A DNA stretch of 64,000 nucleotides, from contig JAJPIO010000009.1 in assembly GCA_021324735.1 (NCBI GenBank), positions 450,510-514,509 on the forward strand. Direction: 5' to 3'. This stretch comes from Bacteroidota bacterium. GTDB taxonomy: Bacteria; Bacteroidota; Ignavibacteria; Palsa-1295. Made by a program: the position numbers and the translations under genes. Under the pieces are notes generated by a model that did not search any database, was not told the origin of the DNA, and saw only the letters and a program-made list of their open reading frames with translations. Shown here piece by piece: positions 36,036 to 45,856 of the stretch (its first letter is position 1; the number at the start of each line of letters is the position of its first letter).

Positions 36036-37021
36036 TGCCGATAATTGACTACATCAATCCCTATGCATATCTTATGCGATTACGGCGCATGATGTACCAG
36101 CATGGATGGCTGAAGTCGTTTCATCCCGGTGTGCCGGTTATCAGTATAGGTAATCTTACGGTGGGTGGCACGGGTAAATCGCCGATGGTAATGCTTATCG
36201 CCGATTACCTCGAGCGAATGCACGGCAAAAAAGTCGCGATCGTTTCGCGAGGATATAGACGACGATCGAAAGGCTATGTGTTGGTTCGCGATGGAATGCA
36301 AATTCTGGCATCGGTCGAACAAAGCGGCGATGAAGCGCAAATGTTTGCCGAACGTTTGCCGAATGCGATCGTCATTGTGGATGAAGATCGGTGGCATGGT
36401 GCCAGGGAAGCGAAAGCACTTGGAGCGGATGTGATCGTTCTGGATGACGGCTATCAACATTTGCGCTTAAAGCGTGATCTGAATATATTACTCGTCGATG
36501 CATCACGCAGTATTTCTCCTGTCATTCCATTTGGCCGATCGAGAGAACCGCTGAGTGCGGCGAATGCAGCTGACATCGTTATTGAGACGAACGGTAAACA
36601 GGCGCTCCCTGCGGAATTCAGGCAATCGGTCACAGCGCAAACGCACAGCAAAGCAGCCAGCTTAATGCCATTGCAAGGCCGTGAAGCGCTTGCGTTAAAA
36701 AGCTTGAATGGCAAGAAGATTCTGGCATTAAGCTCTATTGCATCGCCAAAGCGCTTTCACCGAATGCTCGACGAGTTAGGTGCGAATCTTGTAGTCCGTG
36801 ACCTGGGCGATCATGCCGAATACTCGCAGGCGTTAGTAAATAGCATAATTTCGGACGCTCAGCGTCATAATGTCGAGATGATCGTTACGACGTTAAAAGA
36901 TGCAGTAAAATCGCGAAGGTATTTTCACCATTCTGAGATTCCAGTATATATCCTTCTGCACGAGCTTGAATTCTTGAGTGGGGAGGAAGGTTTTTACAAC
37001 GCCATCGATCAAATTCTATGA
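36035..37021 (+). CDS. lpxK: Tetraacyldisaccharide 4'-kinase
   Basis: PVISIGNLTVGGTGKSPMVMLIADYL is the P-loop at the characteristic position. Length is 328 aa. Confidence 0.85.
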   Translation: MPIIDYINPYAYLMRLRRMMYQHGWLKSFHPGVPVISIGNLTVGGTGKSPMVMLIADYLERMHGKKVAIVSRGYRRRSKGYVLVRDGMQILASVEQSGDEAQMFAERLPNAIVIVDEDRWHGAREAKALGADVIVLDDGYQHLRLKRDLNILLVDASRSISPVIPFGRSREPLSAANAADIVIETNGKQALPAEFRQSVTAQTHSKAASLMPLQGREALALKSLNGKKILALSSIASPKRFHRMLDELGANLVVRDLGDHAEYSQALVNSIISDAQRHNVEMIVTTLKDAVKSRRYFHHSEIPVYILLHELEFLSGEEGFYNAIDQIL

Positions 37022-37803
37022 AGCTTACTATTGGTCTCTCCTATGCACCTTCCGATAATCCGAAGTTCGAGTTTTACCGAAAAGCGGTCATAAAAGCTGC
37101 GGAGGTGCTGGGGTATGAGGTTGAATTGATCGATCTATCTCGTGGAGGCAATGTCGCTGAAGTTGATGCTGTTGTTTTTACGGGTGGCGATGACGTTCAT
37201 CCGGCTCGTTACGGCAAGCAATCCGAAGAACACTTATGCGGCGACATTAACGATGAACGCGATCAACTGGAATTCAAGCTCGCTAACAACGCTGAGGAAA
37301 ACGGCCTTCCCATTCTTGGCATTTGCCGCGGACTTCAACTCTTGAATGTCCATCGCGGAGGTACGTTGATCACCGATATAGAATCATTCGGAGGTGCCAG
37401 TCATAGAAAGCTCGATGGTTACGATTCTCGTCATCAGGTAAAAGTAGAGCCGGGAAGTTATCTCCGACGGATCCTCGGGGAAGGGCAAGGCGAAGTTAAT
37501 AGCGCGCATCATCAGGGCGTTGAGCGAGTAGGGGATGGCCTCACTGCCAGCGCCCGTGCTGAAAGTGATGGTACGATCGAAGCGCTTGAATGGGCCGATG
37601 CCACCGGGAAGCCATTTTTTCTTGCGGTGCAGTGGCATCCCGAGCGCATGGATTTTGCAGAGCAATTTGCAGGACGTATATTTGAAACGTTCTTATGGGA
37701 AGCTGGCGCACATAAACTTCTTCGTTCACGGATGGGTACCTTAAAATCTTCCCGGCAGCCAGATATGTCTGAATCTCTTAATGGAGCAGCGAAACAGCCA
37801 TGA
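37018..37803 (+). CDS. Class I glutamine amidotransferase-like peptidase C26 (gamma-glutamyl-gamma-aminobutyrate hydrolase family)
   Basis: LPILGICRGLQLLNV is the catalytic Cys. ...NSAHHQGV... and ...VQWHPE provide the His/Glu of the triad. Confidence 0.8.
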   Translation: MKLTIGLSYAPSDNPKFEFYRKAVIKAAEVLGYEVELIDLSRGGNVAEVDAVVFTGGDDVHPARYGKQSEEHLCGDINDERDQLEFKLANNAEENGLPILGICRGLQLLNVHRGGTLITDIESFGGASHRKLDGYDSRHQVKVEPGSYLRRILGEGQGEVNSAHHQGVERVGDGLTASARAESDGTIEALEWADATGKPFFLAVQWHPERMDFAEQFAGRIFETFLWEAGAHKLLRSRMGTLKSSRQPDMSESLNGAAKQP

Positions 37804-38759
37804 CACGCGATCTCGATAATGCTTTTCGCGTTCGCCCTTTGGTCCTCGATGGCGCGCTCGGCACCGAGCTCGAGGGACGAGGTGTCAATACGTCGGGTAA
37901 AAGTTGGACCGCTCGCGGTATTGTTACCAATCCCGATCTGATCTTTAAGATCCATCGGCAATATGCCCGCGAAGGAGCTGATATACTGACAGCCAACACG
38001 TTTCGCACTAATCCTCGCGCACTCAAAGATACTGGTCTCGATGCGGAAGCGCTCACAAAAAAAGCTGTTCGAATTGCACGTAAAGCGAGAAGAGAAAGAA
38101 ATCCGCTGATCCGTGTCGCAGGTTCAATAGCGCCCGTCGAGGACTGCTTCACTCCGAAATTGGCCCCGAAGAACGATCCCGCCTTGATCGAAGAGCACCG
38201 CATTATGGCGCGCTGGCTCGATGAAGCTCGAGTGGATATTATTCTTATCGAGACGATGAGCACGTTCCATGAGGCGATCTGCGCGCTTCAGGCTGCTAAA
38301 GAAGAGAGCGAGAAGTATGTGTGGATATCGGTCGTACCTAAGGATGGCGAGACCATGCTCGATGGGACACCACTCGATTATGCCGTTCAGCGTTTTAAAG
38401 AGGGAGGCGCGCATCTTGTAGCGCTTAATTGTGCGCCAGTGACGACCATGTACGATGCACTGCCGTTATTCTCGAAAGCTGCAAAGAAGGCGGGACTTTG
38501 GTTTGGATGCTATCCTAATACGTCGGAGAAATTACCAGATGGCACCTGGAATTTGCGCGCTTATAATAACGAGCAAATGGCTAAGTGCGCGGTAGCATGG
38601 ATGAAAGCCGGTGCTGTAATGGTCGGGAGCTGCTGCCATTCAACGCCGCGAACGACGGAAGCCATTCGACAGAAGCGCGATATTTTCGGGATCGGGAAAG
38701 AAGGCCTGGAGCTAGGCCTCGATGACGATCTGGACCTGCCAGAGTGGTTGTTGTGGTAG
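37800..38759 (+). CDS. Homocysteine S-methyltransferase family protein
   Basis: LVLDGALGTELE...ADILTANTFRTN is the Hcy-binding domain N-terminal motif. Cys residues near the C-terminus (VGSCCHSTP) fit zinc ligation. Confidence 0.8.
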   Translation: MTRDLDNAFRVRPLVLDGALGTELEGRGVNTSGKSWTARGIVTNPDLIFKIHRQYAREGADILTANTFRTNPRALKDTGLDAEALTKKAVRIARKARRERNPLIRVAGSIAPVEDCFTPKLAPKNDPALIEEHRIMARWLDEARVDIILIETMSTFHEAICALQAAKEESEKYVWISVVPKDGETMLDGTPLDYAVQRFKEGGAHLVALNCAPVTTMYDALPLFSKAAKKAGLWFGCYPNTSEKLPDGTWNLRAYNNEQMAKCAVAWMKAGAVMVGSCCHSTPRTTEAIRQKRDIFGIGKEGLELGLDDDLDLPEWLLW

Positions 38760-38760
38760 T

Positions 38761-40863
38761 CTATTCGATCTGCACACCCAGATTGTAGAACGTAAATGCC
38801 AGAGAGTCGGCAAATTCCGCAATGACTTTCGATAGCGGTTTTCCTCCACCATGTCCGGCCTTCGTTTCGATCGAGATCAGCGTTGGATTCGTGCCGGCCT
38901 GAACGTGCTGCAGCGTAGCGATGAACTTGAAGGAGTGTCCCGGCACGACGCGGTCATCGTGATCGGCGGTCGAAACGAGCGTTGCAGGATAGGAAACACC
39001 GGGCTTCAAATTGTGCAGCGGCGAATAGTGATAAAGATTTTTAAAATCGGTTGAATCATCACTGGTGCCGTATTCAGAAGCCCAGCCCCAACCGATCGTA
39101 AACTTATGATAGCGCAACATGTCCATCACGCCAACTTCGGGCAGCGCAACTTTGCATAGGTCGGGCCGCTGACACATCACCGCGCCGACGAGCAGTCCGC
39201 CGTTCGATCCGCCCTGGATGGCCAACTTATCAGGCGACGTGTACTTCTCCTTAAAGAGATATTCGGCTGCCGCAATAAAATCATCGAAAACATTTTGCTT
39301 GTGAAGCTTCATACCGGCTTCATGCCAGGCTTTGCCGTATTCACCACCGCCGCGAAGGCTTGGTTCGGCAAAAATTCCACCTTGTTCGAGAAACGCTATC
39401 AGTGCAGCACTAAAATGAGGAGTTAAGCTAATATTGAACCCGCCATAAGCATAGAGCTTGGTGGGGTTTTTACCATTGCGTTCGAGGCCTTTTTTATGTA
39501 CGAGAAACATTGGTACTCGGGTACCATCCTTACTCGTATAAAAGACTTGTTCGGTAACGAAATCGTTAACGTTGAATGGGACCTCGGTCTTATGAAACAC
39601 GACCGACTCATTGGTTTTGAGGTTATATTGATAGATCGTCGGCGGTATGGCAAAACTCGAAAACGTATAGAATACGACCGAGTCTTTCCGTTTACCCACA
39701 AAACCGCTAACACTCCCAAGCCCGGGAAGACTAATTTCCTGCTCGAGCTTGCCTGCCGCATTAAAAATATACGTGTGGCTGGAAGCATCCTTCAAGTAAG
39801 AAGCGATCAATTTGCCACCTACAAAGCTGACGTCTTCGAGTTTTTCCTCCTTTGCAGGAATAATATCATGATAGTTCGATCTATCAGGCGTTGCAGGATC
39901 GACGAGGACGAGGCGGTTTGTCGGGGCGTCTTCATCGGTCATCAGCAAAAACTTGTCTCCGAGGTTATCGATCACACCGGCATTATGTCCGAATTCCGAG
40001 ATGAGAGGCTTAAACTCTTTATCAGAACCGTCCGCATGTTTCCAGGAAATGAGGCTGCCAATTTTTCCACCTTCGTTAATATAGAGGATAAGATATTTTT
40101 CGTCTTCCGTAACGCTCACAGAGAATGTGCGCTTAGGGTTGTTACGGTCTTCAAAAATAAGGGAATCGGCGGATTGTGGCGTACCCAGTTTGTGATAATA
40201 AATTTTTTGGAAATCGCTGCTTGCTGTGTATTGGCCGGAGGTTGGAGCATCGTAACGTCCGTAGAAAAAGCCATCTTTATACCATGAGGCCGAGCTATAA
40301 CGGACCCATTCAATATGATCCGTAAGTTGCTTGCCCGTGGAGACTTCTTTTACAAAGATCTCCTGCCAGTCTGAACCGGACTTGTGAATGCTGTAGGCCA
40401 AATAGCGATCGTCATTCGAAAAATCCATTGATCCCAGCGAAGCAGTGCCATCACTGGAGAGAGTATTCGGATCGAGAAAAACTTCTGGTGTTGCATGTAA
40501 GCCGTGTTGCCGGTAAACAATTGGCTGATTTTGAAGTCCCTCGTTCCTGGAGAAGAAATAATATTCTCCAACCTTGTTCGGAGCGCTGATGCGCGGATAA
40601 TTGAACAATTGCTCGAACCGGGCGCGTAATTTCTCGCGATACGGAATCTGATCGAGGTAGGACTGCGTGACCTTATTCTGCTCTTCTACCCATGTGTGTA
40701 CATCTGCTGAATCTACATTCTCGAGCCATCGATAGGGATCGGCGACCTGTGTGCCAAAGTAGTTATCGAGCTGGTTACCGCGTTTTGTTATTGGATAATG
40801 TAATCGCTGAGCGAGAGCAGAGGAAAAGCTAGTAAGCACAATAAATAATAGCAGAATTTTCAT
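38761..40863 (-). CDS. Prolyl oligopeptidase (S9A family) with signal peptide
   Basis: MKILLLFIVLTSFSSALA is the signal peptide. DPYRWLENVDS...EQNKVT is the POP N-terminal motif. The C-terminal catalytic domain has GGSNGGLL (Ser nucleophile) plus Asp/His. Confidence 0.85.
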   Translation of the reverse strand: MKILLLFIVLTSFSSALAQRLHYPITKRGNQLDNYFGTQVADPYRWLENVDSADVHTWVEEQNKVTQSYLDQIPYREKLRARFEQLFNYPRISAPNKVGEYYFFSRNEGLQNQPIVYRQHGLHATPEVFLDPNTLSSDGTASLGSMDFSNDDRYLAYSIHKSGSDWQEIFVKEVSTGKQLTDHIEWVRYSSASWYKDGFFYGRYDAPTSGQYTASSDFQKIYYHKLGTPQSADSLIFEDRNNPKRTFSVSVTEDEKYLILYINEGGKIGSLISWKHADGSDKEFKPLISEFGHNAGVIDNLGDKFLLMTDEDAPTNRLVLVDPATPDRSNYHDIIPAKEEKLEDVSFVGGKLIASYLKDASSHTYIFNAAGKLEQEISLPGLGSVSGFVGKRKDSVVFYTFSSFAIPPTIYQYNLKTNESVVFHKTEVPFNVNDFVTEQVFYTSKDGTRVPMFLVHKKGLERNGKNPTKLYAYGGFNISLTPHFSAALIAFLEQGGIFAEPSLRGGGEYGKAWHEAGMKLHKQNVFDDFIAAAEYLFKEKYTSPDKLAIQGGSNGGLLVGAVMCQRPDLCKVALPEVGVMDMLRYHKFTIGWGWASEYGTSDDSTDFKNLYHYSPLHNLKPGVSYPATLVSTADHDDRVVPGHSFKFIATLQHVQAGTNPTLISIETKAGHGGGKPLSKVIAEFADSLAFTFYNLGVQIE

Positions 40864-40924
40864 GGACATAAAAAAGGATACCTGTCCTGGCCAGACAGTT
40901 TGAAGAAGAGGCGAAAACGAGTAG

Positions 40925-40962
40925 GAACACAAAAGGTCTGGGGATAACGCTATCCCCAGACC
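40925..40962 (-). terminator. Rho-independent terminator downstream of the histone H1-like gene
   Basis: GGTCTGGGGATA-ACGC-TATCCCCAGACC is a perfect 12-bp stem, followed on the minus strand by a T-rich tract (TTTTGTGTT). Confidence 0.7.
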
Positions 40963-40988
40963 GAAACCTTGCAGATCGCGAACGATCC

Positions 40989-41183
40989 TTACGCGGCGGG
41001 TGTGCTGGGCTCGGTGGCCTTGATCTCCTGGACTTCCTTGCGGATTTCCTGCGCCTTACGCTTTAGCTCGTTCATAGCCTTGCGAAGACGGGTACCGGCA
41101 GACTTGTTGCCTTTCTCATAGAACTTCTCAAAGTCCTTTTCGAAAGACGCGAGCAAGTCCTGTAGTTCTTTATAACGGTTCAT
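40989..41183 (-). CDS. Histone H1-like nucleoid protein (Hc1-like domain)
   Basis: 64 aa. MNRYKELQDLLASFEKDFEKFYEKGNKSAGTRLRKAMNELKRKAQEIRKEVQEIK is the typical Bacteroidota histone H1/Hc1 N-terminal domain pattern. Confidence 0.7.
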   Translation of the reverse strand: MNRYKELQDLLASFEKDFEKFYEKGNKSAGTRLRKAMNELKRKAQEIRKEVQEIKATEPSTPAA

Positions 41184-41462
41184 TCTTGTGCCTCCTATAT
41201 GTCAAGAGTCGTTTGTAAGCTGATCTGAACATTGGTCGGGACTCAGATTCCGAACGAAGAGCCAAAGTCCCCTTAGTAAGAATATGAGCGTAATGACGAG
41301 ACACCCGAGGTGCAACTCATCTCTACAATGGCTAAAATACGAGATTTTTAGGGCAAAAGCAAGTATTCTGGCGAAAAAAACGGCAACGGAATAGTTTGCT
41401 TATAGCAAGCAAAGACCCCTTCCACATAGTGAAAGGGGTCTCCGTAGTTTGGGTTTGGGTCT

Positions 41463-44306
41463 TTATTTCACGACCTCTAGTTCACGAATAAGACGAATTC
41501 CGTTAGATTCGAAAATGCAGTAATAACTGCCGCTCGATAACGAATTTACGTCAAACGTCAAGTCATGGTCGCCAGCACCGAATCGGCCGTTAGCGATCAT
41601 CTTCAGCATTGTGCCCTTTTGATCGGCGATCGACACATGCACACTTGCGTCATACGGAAGTGAGAATGAGATCGTTGTCGCATTGTTTGCCGGATTTGGA
41701 TAATTTTGCTTCAGACTAAATCCTTCCTCGGTTGTTACTTCCGAGACTCCGCTGTTTGCACCAACTCCATTTAATGTGAAGTTGAACGCAGGCATTGGAG
41801 AGGGCGAAGCACTCGGGAAAGTAAGTGTTGCCGTTTCGCTTGCAGCAATAGTTGGCGTGAAATTGATCGTAAGCGTACCCGAGTTTCCGGCAGAGATCGT
41901 AGAAGGAGTGACCTGAGTTGCTACGACGAAATCATTGGCATTGGTGCCGGTAATGCTGGCAGCACCCGGCGTCCAATCCATATTGCCGTTATTGGTCACT
42001 GTAACAGTGAATGTTTTTGTCTTGCCAACGGCAACAGTTCCAGCGGCGCCGTTTGCGGCAGCAGCAACGCCTTCACCAGAGCCCATCAAGTTGACGACCA
42101 TCGGCGTTACACCGGTACCACCGCTAACAGTAAGAGAAGCGATCGATTGAGAGAAATCCGTCGGTGCAAATACGACCTTGAACGTTGTATTCCCGCCAGG
42201 CATAACAACCGGGCTAATTGCGGGAGTAACTGTGTACGGCCCGGTTACACCGGTAATCGCTGCATTGTAGGTAGTAGCTACATCGCCGCAATTCGTGATC
42301 GTAACTATCTCGGTATCGGTCGTTCCGGCCAGGATCTTGTTCGCATTAAAGAGAACATCCTGCGAAGCATTCGCACAAACCTGCAAGCCAACATCACTAA
42401 TGCTGAACGGAATATTCTCCGTAATATCATTGGTCGTAACGTTTGCCTGCACGCCCATCGTACGCACGCCACGCGCTGACGGCGTAAAGCTGACGGTGAT
42501 AGGCACCGTGGAGTTCGCAGCAATGGTAAGCGGGAAGGTCTGCCCACTGATCGAAAAGTCAGAGGTGTTTCCGGAAACAGGAATAAGCGAATTGATCGTC
42601 AGGCTTTCGGAGCCGTTATTCGTTAACGAACCGGTGCGCGTATCGCTTATGCCGACGATGGCAGAATCCGGTTGCGGGAAATTCGCGGTAAGAATGCCGA
42701 CCGGAATTCCAACGCCTGTTACATAGACATCCACGCTCGATGTATCGATCGAAGGATCGCTAAATGTCGGCGGAATATTAGTCGTCAGACGGACCGTCGC
42801 AAGCCGCGTTCCACGGTCGAGCGGAGCGAAAGTAACGGTAAACTGTGCGCTCTGGCCCGGAGCCAGTTTTTGTCGAGTCGAAAGTCCCGTATACGAGAAA
42901 TCATAGTCGGCGCTTGCAAAATAATTGCGAACGAGAACCAGCGTATCGGTACCGGGATTCGAGACTGTAAAATTCTGGGAGACCTGATTACCGATCGGAG
43001 TGGCAGGGAAATCGAAGCTGGATGGCGTTACCGAAATATGCGGTAAAATTCCAACCCCGCGAAGCTGTACGATCTGTTCACCACCGTTACTTTCGATGTA
43101 TAGCAATGCGCTGTGCATTCCTTCGAGCGTTGGATGGTAGACGACCGTTATCGAATCCATATCGCCATTCGATAGCCGTTCCGACGGCACACGAACGAGG
43201 CTGTACTCACTGGGATAATCGCCCGCAAGGTGAGTGGATGGAAGAATGATCAGGTGGGCAGGGCCGCTATTGCTTACTGTTACACTTTGCGTGACAGATT
43301 GACCCAGCTTAATATGGGACTTATTAAATAGAGTTTGCGAACCAACGGCTAAGTTCGGTGCAATACCGGTGCCTTGCAGCGTAAGTGAGACGTTCGCAGG
43401 ATTATCGGCATCGGTATTGAAGGTCAGCGTACCCGCCTGGGAGCCGCCCACCGTGGGTGTGAACATTACGACGATCGAATCGAGTGTCGGATTGGCTTGT
43501 GTGCCAGGAGCGATCGTCGTTGCGGCATAGGCAAGTCCGAATGCCGAGCCTACCACATTCACATTGGAAATAGTGATCGCAACGGGATTCGGATTTGAAA
43601 GAATGACCGTTCTATATTCTGTATCCTCTATCGAAACACTGCCGAAATTGATAGAGGTAGCCGGTGTTACACCGAGCGAATTAAAGTGTGTACCAGAGAT
43701 CACTACATTATCGATCGCTGGGTTACTTGCACCCCAATTGGGGTTTCCCTGAAACTGGATTCGAAGATCCGACGTGCGGAATGCGGCCGGGATCGCAATG
43801 TGATAATGGGCCCAGTTATCGCTCGAGGTCAATGGATCAAAAAGAACCGAGTAACTACCATCCGCGTCATTATAGGTATAAGCAGTGCTTGTCGAGAGAC
43901 TGAGGACCTGCTGTGAACCACTCGAATTTGTGACCAGTACCTGGAAATTATCGTCGCCGAACATAGCGGCGTAATCGTTGTACTCCCAAAAGAAGTCGAA
44001 GTCAAGATAGGCTTCGTCCGAGGAATTACTCCAACGGCTCGCATCGATCGTTGGCGATACGATAGGATCCCCGCCGAAGTAATAATCGTACATATCACAG
44101 ACGAGCGATCCATTGTAATCGCCATTACCGGAAGCGCTATAATTCCAACTGTAAGTGCTATTATCCCAACCATCGGGAATGCTGCCGCCGCTGAAGTCTT
44201 CCGAATAGACTGTGCTCGTGGTGCTTGCCAAGCTGGGTCGTGCTCCCGCGAGGGAGAGTCCCGCTACGCATAGTAAAAAAACAAGAAACCGTATCTGTGT
44301 TTTCAT
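41463..44306 (-). CDS. Large secreted Ig-like repeat adhesin-type protein with T9SS C-terminal sorting domain
   Basis: 947 aa. It has a signal peptide and many Thr/Ser/Asn-rich beta-sandwich repeats. The C-terminus (...NYPNPANNATTISFSLPYDASVHVSIADQKGTMLKMI...SGSYYCIFESNGIRLIRELEVVK) is a T9SS type-A CTD. Confidence 0.75.
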   Translation of the reverse strand: MKTQIRFLVFLLCVAGLSLAGARPSLASTTSTVYSEDFSGGSIPDGWDNSTYSWNYSASGNGDYNGSLVCDMYDYYFGGDPIVSPTIDASRWSNSSDEAYLDFDFFWEYNDYAAMFGDDNFQVLVTNSSGSQQVLSLSTSTAYTYNDADGSYSVLFDPLTSSDNWAHYHIAIPAAFRTSDLRIQFQGNPNWGASNPAIDNVVISGTHFNSLGVTPATSINFGSVSIEDTEYRTVILSNPNPVAITISNVNVVGSAFGLAYAATTIAPGTQANPTLDSIVVMFTPTVGGSQAGTLTFNTDADNPANVSLTLQGTGIAPNLAVGSQTLFNKSHIKLGQSVTQSVTVSNSGPAHLIILPSTHLAGDYPSEYSLVRVPSERLSNGDMDSITVVYHPTLEGMHSALLYIESNGGEQIVQLRGVGILPHISVTPSSFDFPATPIGNQVSQNFTVSNPGTDTLVLVRNYFASADYDFSYTGLSTRQKLAPGQSAQFTVTFAPLDRGTRLATVRLTTNIPPTFSDPSIDTSSVDVYVTGVGIPVGILTANFPQPDSAIVGISDTRTGSLTNNGSESLTINSLIPVSGNTSDFSISGQTFPLTIAANSTVPITVSFTPSARGVRTMGVQANVTTNDITENIPFSISDVGLQVCANASQDVLFNANKILAGTTDTEIVTITNCGDVATTYNAAITGVTGPYTVTPAISPVVMPGGNTTFKVVFAPTDFSQSIASLTVSGGTGVTPMVVNLMGSGEGVAAAANGAAGTVAVGKTKTFTVTVTNNGNMDWTPGAASITGTNANDFVVATQVTPSTISAGNSGTLTINFTPTIAASETATLTFPSASPSPMPAFNFTLNGVGANSGVSEVTTEEGFSLKQNYPNPANNATTISFSLPYDASVHVSIADQKGTMLKMIANGRFGAGDHDLTFDVNSLSSGSYYCIFESNGIRLIRELEVVK

Positions 44307-44578
44307 GGGGGTGTTGCGTTTTATTGTGAACTAAGAGTCGGCTAATAGACCGAGGTAATTGACCGACGGACCAGCTAATAACCAGCAAAGAATAAGGGGC
44401 AATAATGAGGTGCGATCAGAGAGAGAAATCCAGGTCCCTATACTCTGGGGCCTGATTGACGGACTGCTCGAAGCCTCATCTGAGTCTGCTATGACAATAA
44501 CACTTCAGGTAGCCCGATGTTACAAATATTAATGATAAATTTTAGAATGTGGATAAATCAGCGCGTTATCTACGCTTA

Positions 44579-45562
44579 TTATCGACCGAGAAGCCAATAT
44601 TCGAGTAGGGCGACGCTTTCTCTAAGACGATAATAAAGAAGATCGAGGAAGGGTTGGTGTATTCTGGAAGGACTCCCTATAGCGATCAAACCATTAAACC
44701 GGCACATTTCGATCACCCGAGCTATATGATACTGGTCGGAGATGATCACAAATCGCGTCCATTTTTGGTGGGAATAGAGTTCGTCCCGTATATAGCGTAC
44801 TTGTTCGAGCGTCGTATGTGAGGCAGACTCTTCGACGATCTGTGATTCATCGACACCACGGCGCATGAGGTCCTGTTTTGCAACTTCTGCTTCTGCCAAT
44901 TCGCCGGGTGCGCTTGCTCCTGTTACCACAATTCGTGGGATGGCGTGTTTGGTTAAAAGATCGTATCCCAGTTCGATGCGCTCGCGGAGCGCCGGGCTTG
45001 GACGATCTCCAAGCCCGTGACCGCGCCATACTGCGGCTCCGAGGACCACTCCGGCATCCGGATTAAAGTCCGCGATCTCCTCGACTCGGGAGTAGGTCGG
45101 ATAAAAAAAGGCGTATATAAAAGCCAGTAAGATAGAGAAGGTAAGGATCGCTGCTGTGTTCAGTACGATCTTTATAAATCGCTGGTAGGGGAGCAGCGTA
45201 CTTTTAGAACGAGTCAGGAGAGTGGCCAACACTGCGAACATTGCAAGCAGGATCAGTACGGCTGCTTCCGGAGTAAAATCTTCCGCGGGTGTTCGCCGAA
45301 TTCCAAAGTCCAGCCACAGCAAAATAGCAGAAAGAACGACGATACTGATCGACCGAGTGCGTCCGATCCGCTCCGGATGAACGATAGCGGCTATGATAAG
45401 GCCGATAACAAGGAATAGATAGAAGAGCGAGATAAGATCGCTCATCGTAGTAAGTCGAAAATATACGGTCGTGAGTCCCTGTCCTTCGTATCGGCTCTCG
45501 GTTAGCACAATGTAGGCAATCAACTGTGCAGCGAGCATAATAAAGAAGAGGACGCGTTTCAT
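44579..45562 (-). CDS. Membrane protein with C-terminal DUF218 (YdcF/SanA/ElyC-like) domain
   Basis: The start is at MKRVLFFIML. Several TM helices are followed by DAGVVLGAAVW.G...PSPALRERIELGYDLL...PRIVVTG...HTTLEQV, which matches the DUF218 pattern. Confidence 0.6.
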   Translation of the reverse strand: MKRVLFFIMLAAQLIAYIVLTESRYEGQGLTTVYFRLTTMSDLISLFYLFLVIGLIIAAIVHPERIGRTRSISIVVLSAILLWLDFGIRRTPAEDFTPEAAVLILLAMFAVLATLLTRSKSTLLPYQRFIKIVLNTAAILTFSILLAFIYAFFYPTYSRVEEIADFNPDAGVVLGAAVWRGHGLGDRPSPALRERIELGYDLLTKHAIPRIVVTGASAPGELAEAEVAKQDLMRRGVDESQIVEESASHTTLEQVRYIRDELYSHQKWTRFVIISDQYHIARVIEMCRFNGLIAIGSPSRIHQPFLDLLYYRLRESVALLEYWLLGR

Positions 45563-45856
45563 CCGCCGGTCCTTGCCGGCCGCTGCAGAGGTGGGAGAAG
45601 AATCGGTCCGAAATTCGGTGAGGCTCATCGCATACAATAATGCGCGATGGTAAGACAATCTAAGGAGTATTGCCGTTTCTCTTTAGTGAGCTTGCGGTGT
45701 TGTTCCGAACTGTTCGCTTTCATGGTACTGTTGTTACAACGATTACCGTGAACGATCCTTCAAAAGCATACTATCGGCGGTTGAGGTAGCAGCACAATAG
45801 CGATGTGCAAAAAGCCCTCTTAGCGCCGTGGTTACATCATAAGATCTTAGGTCGAT

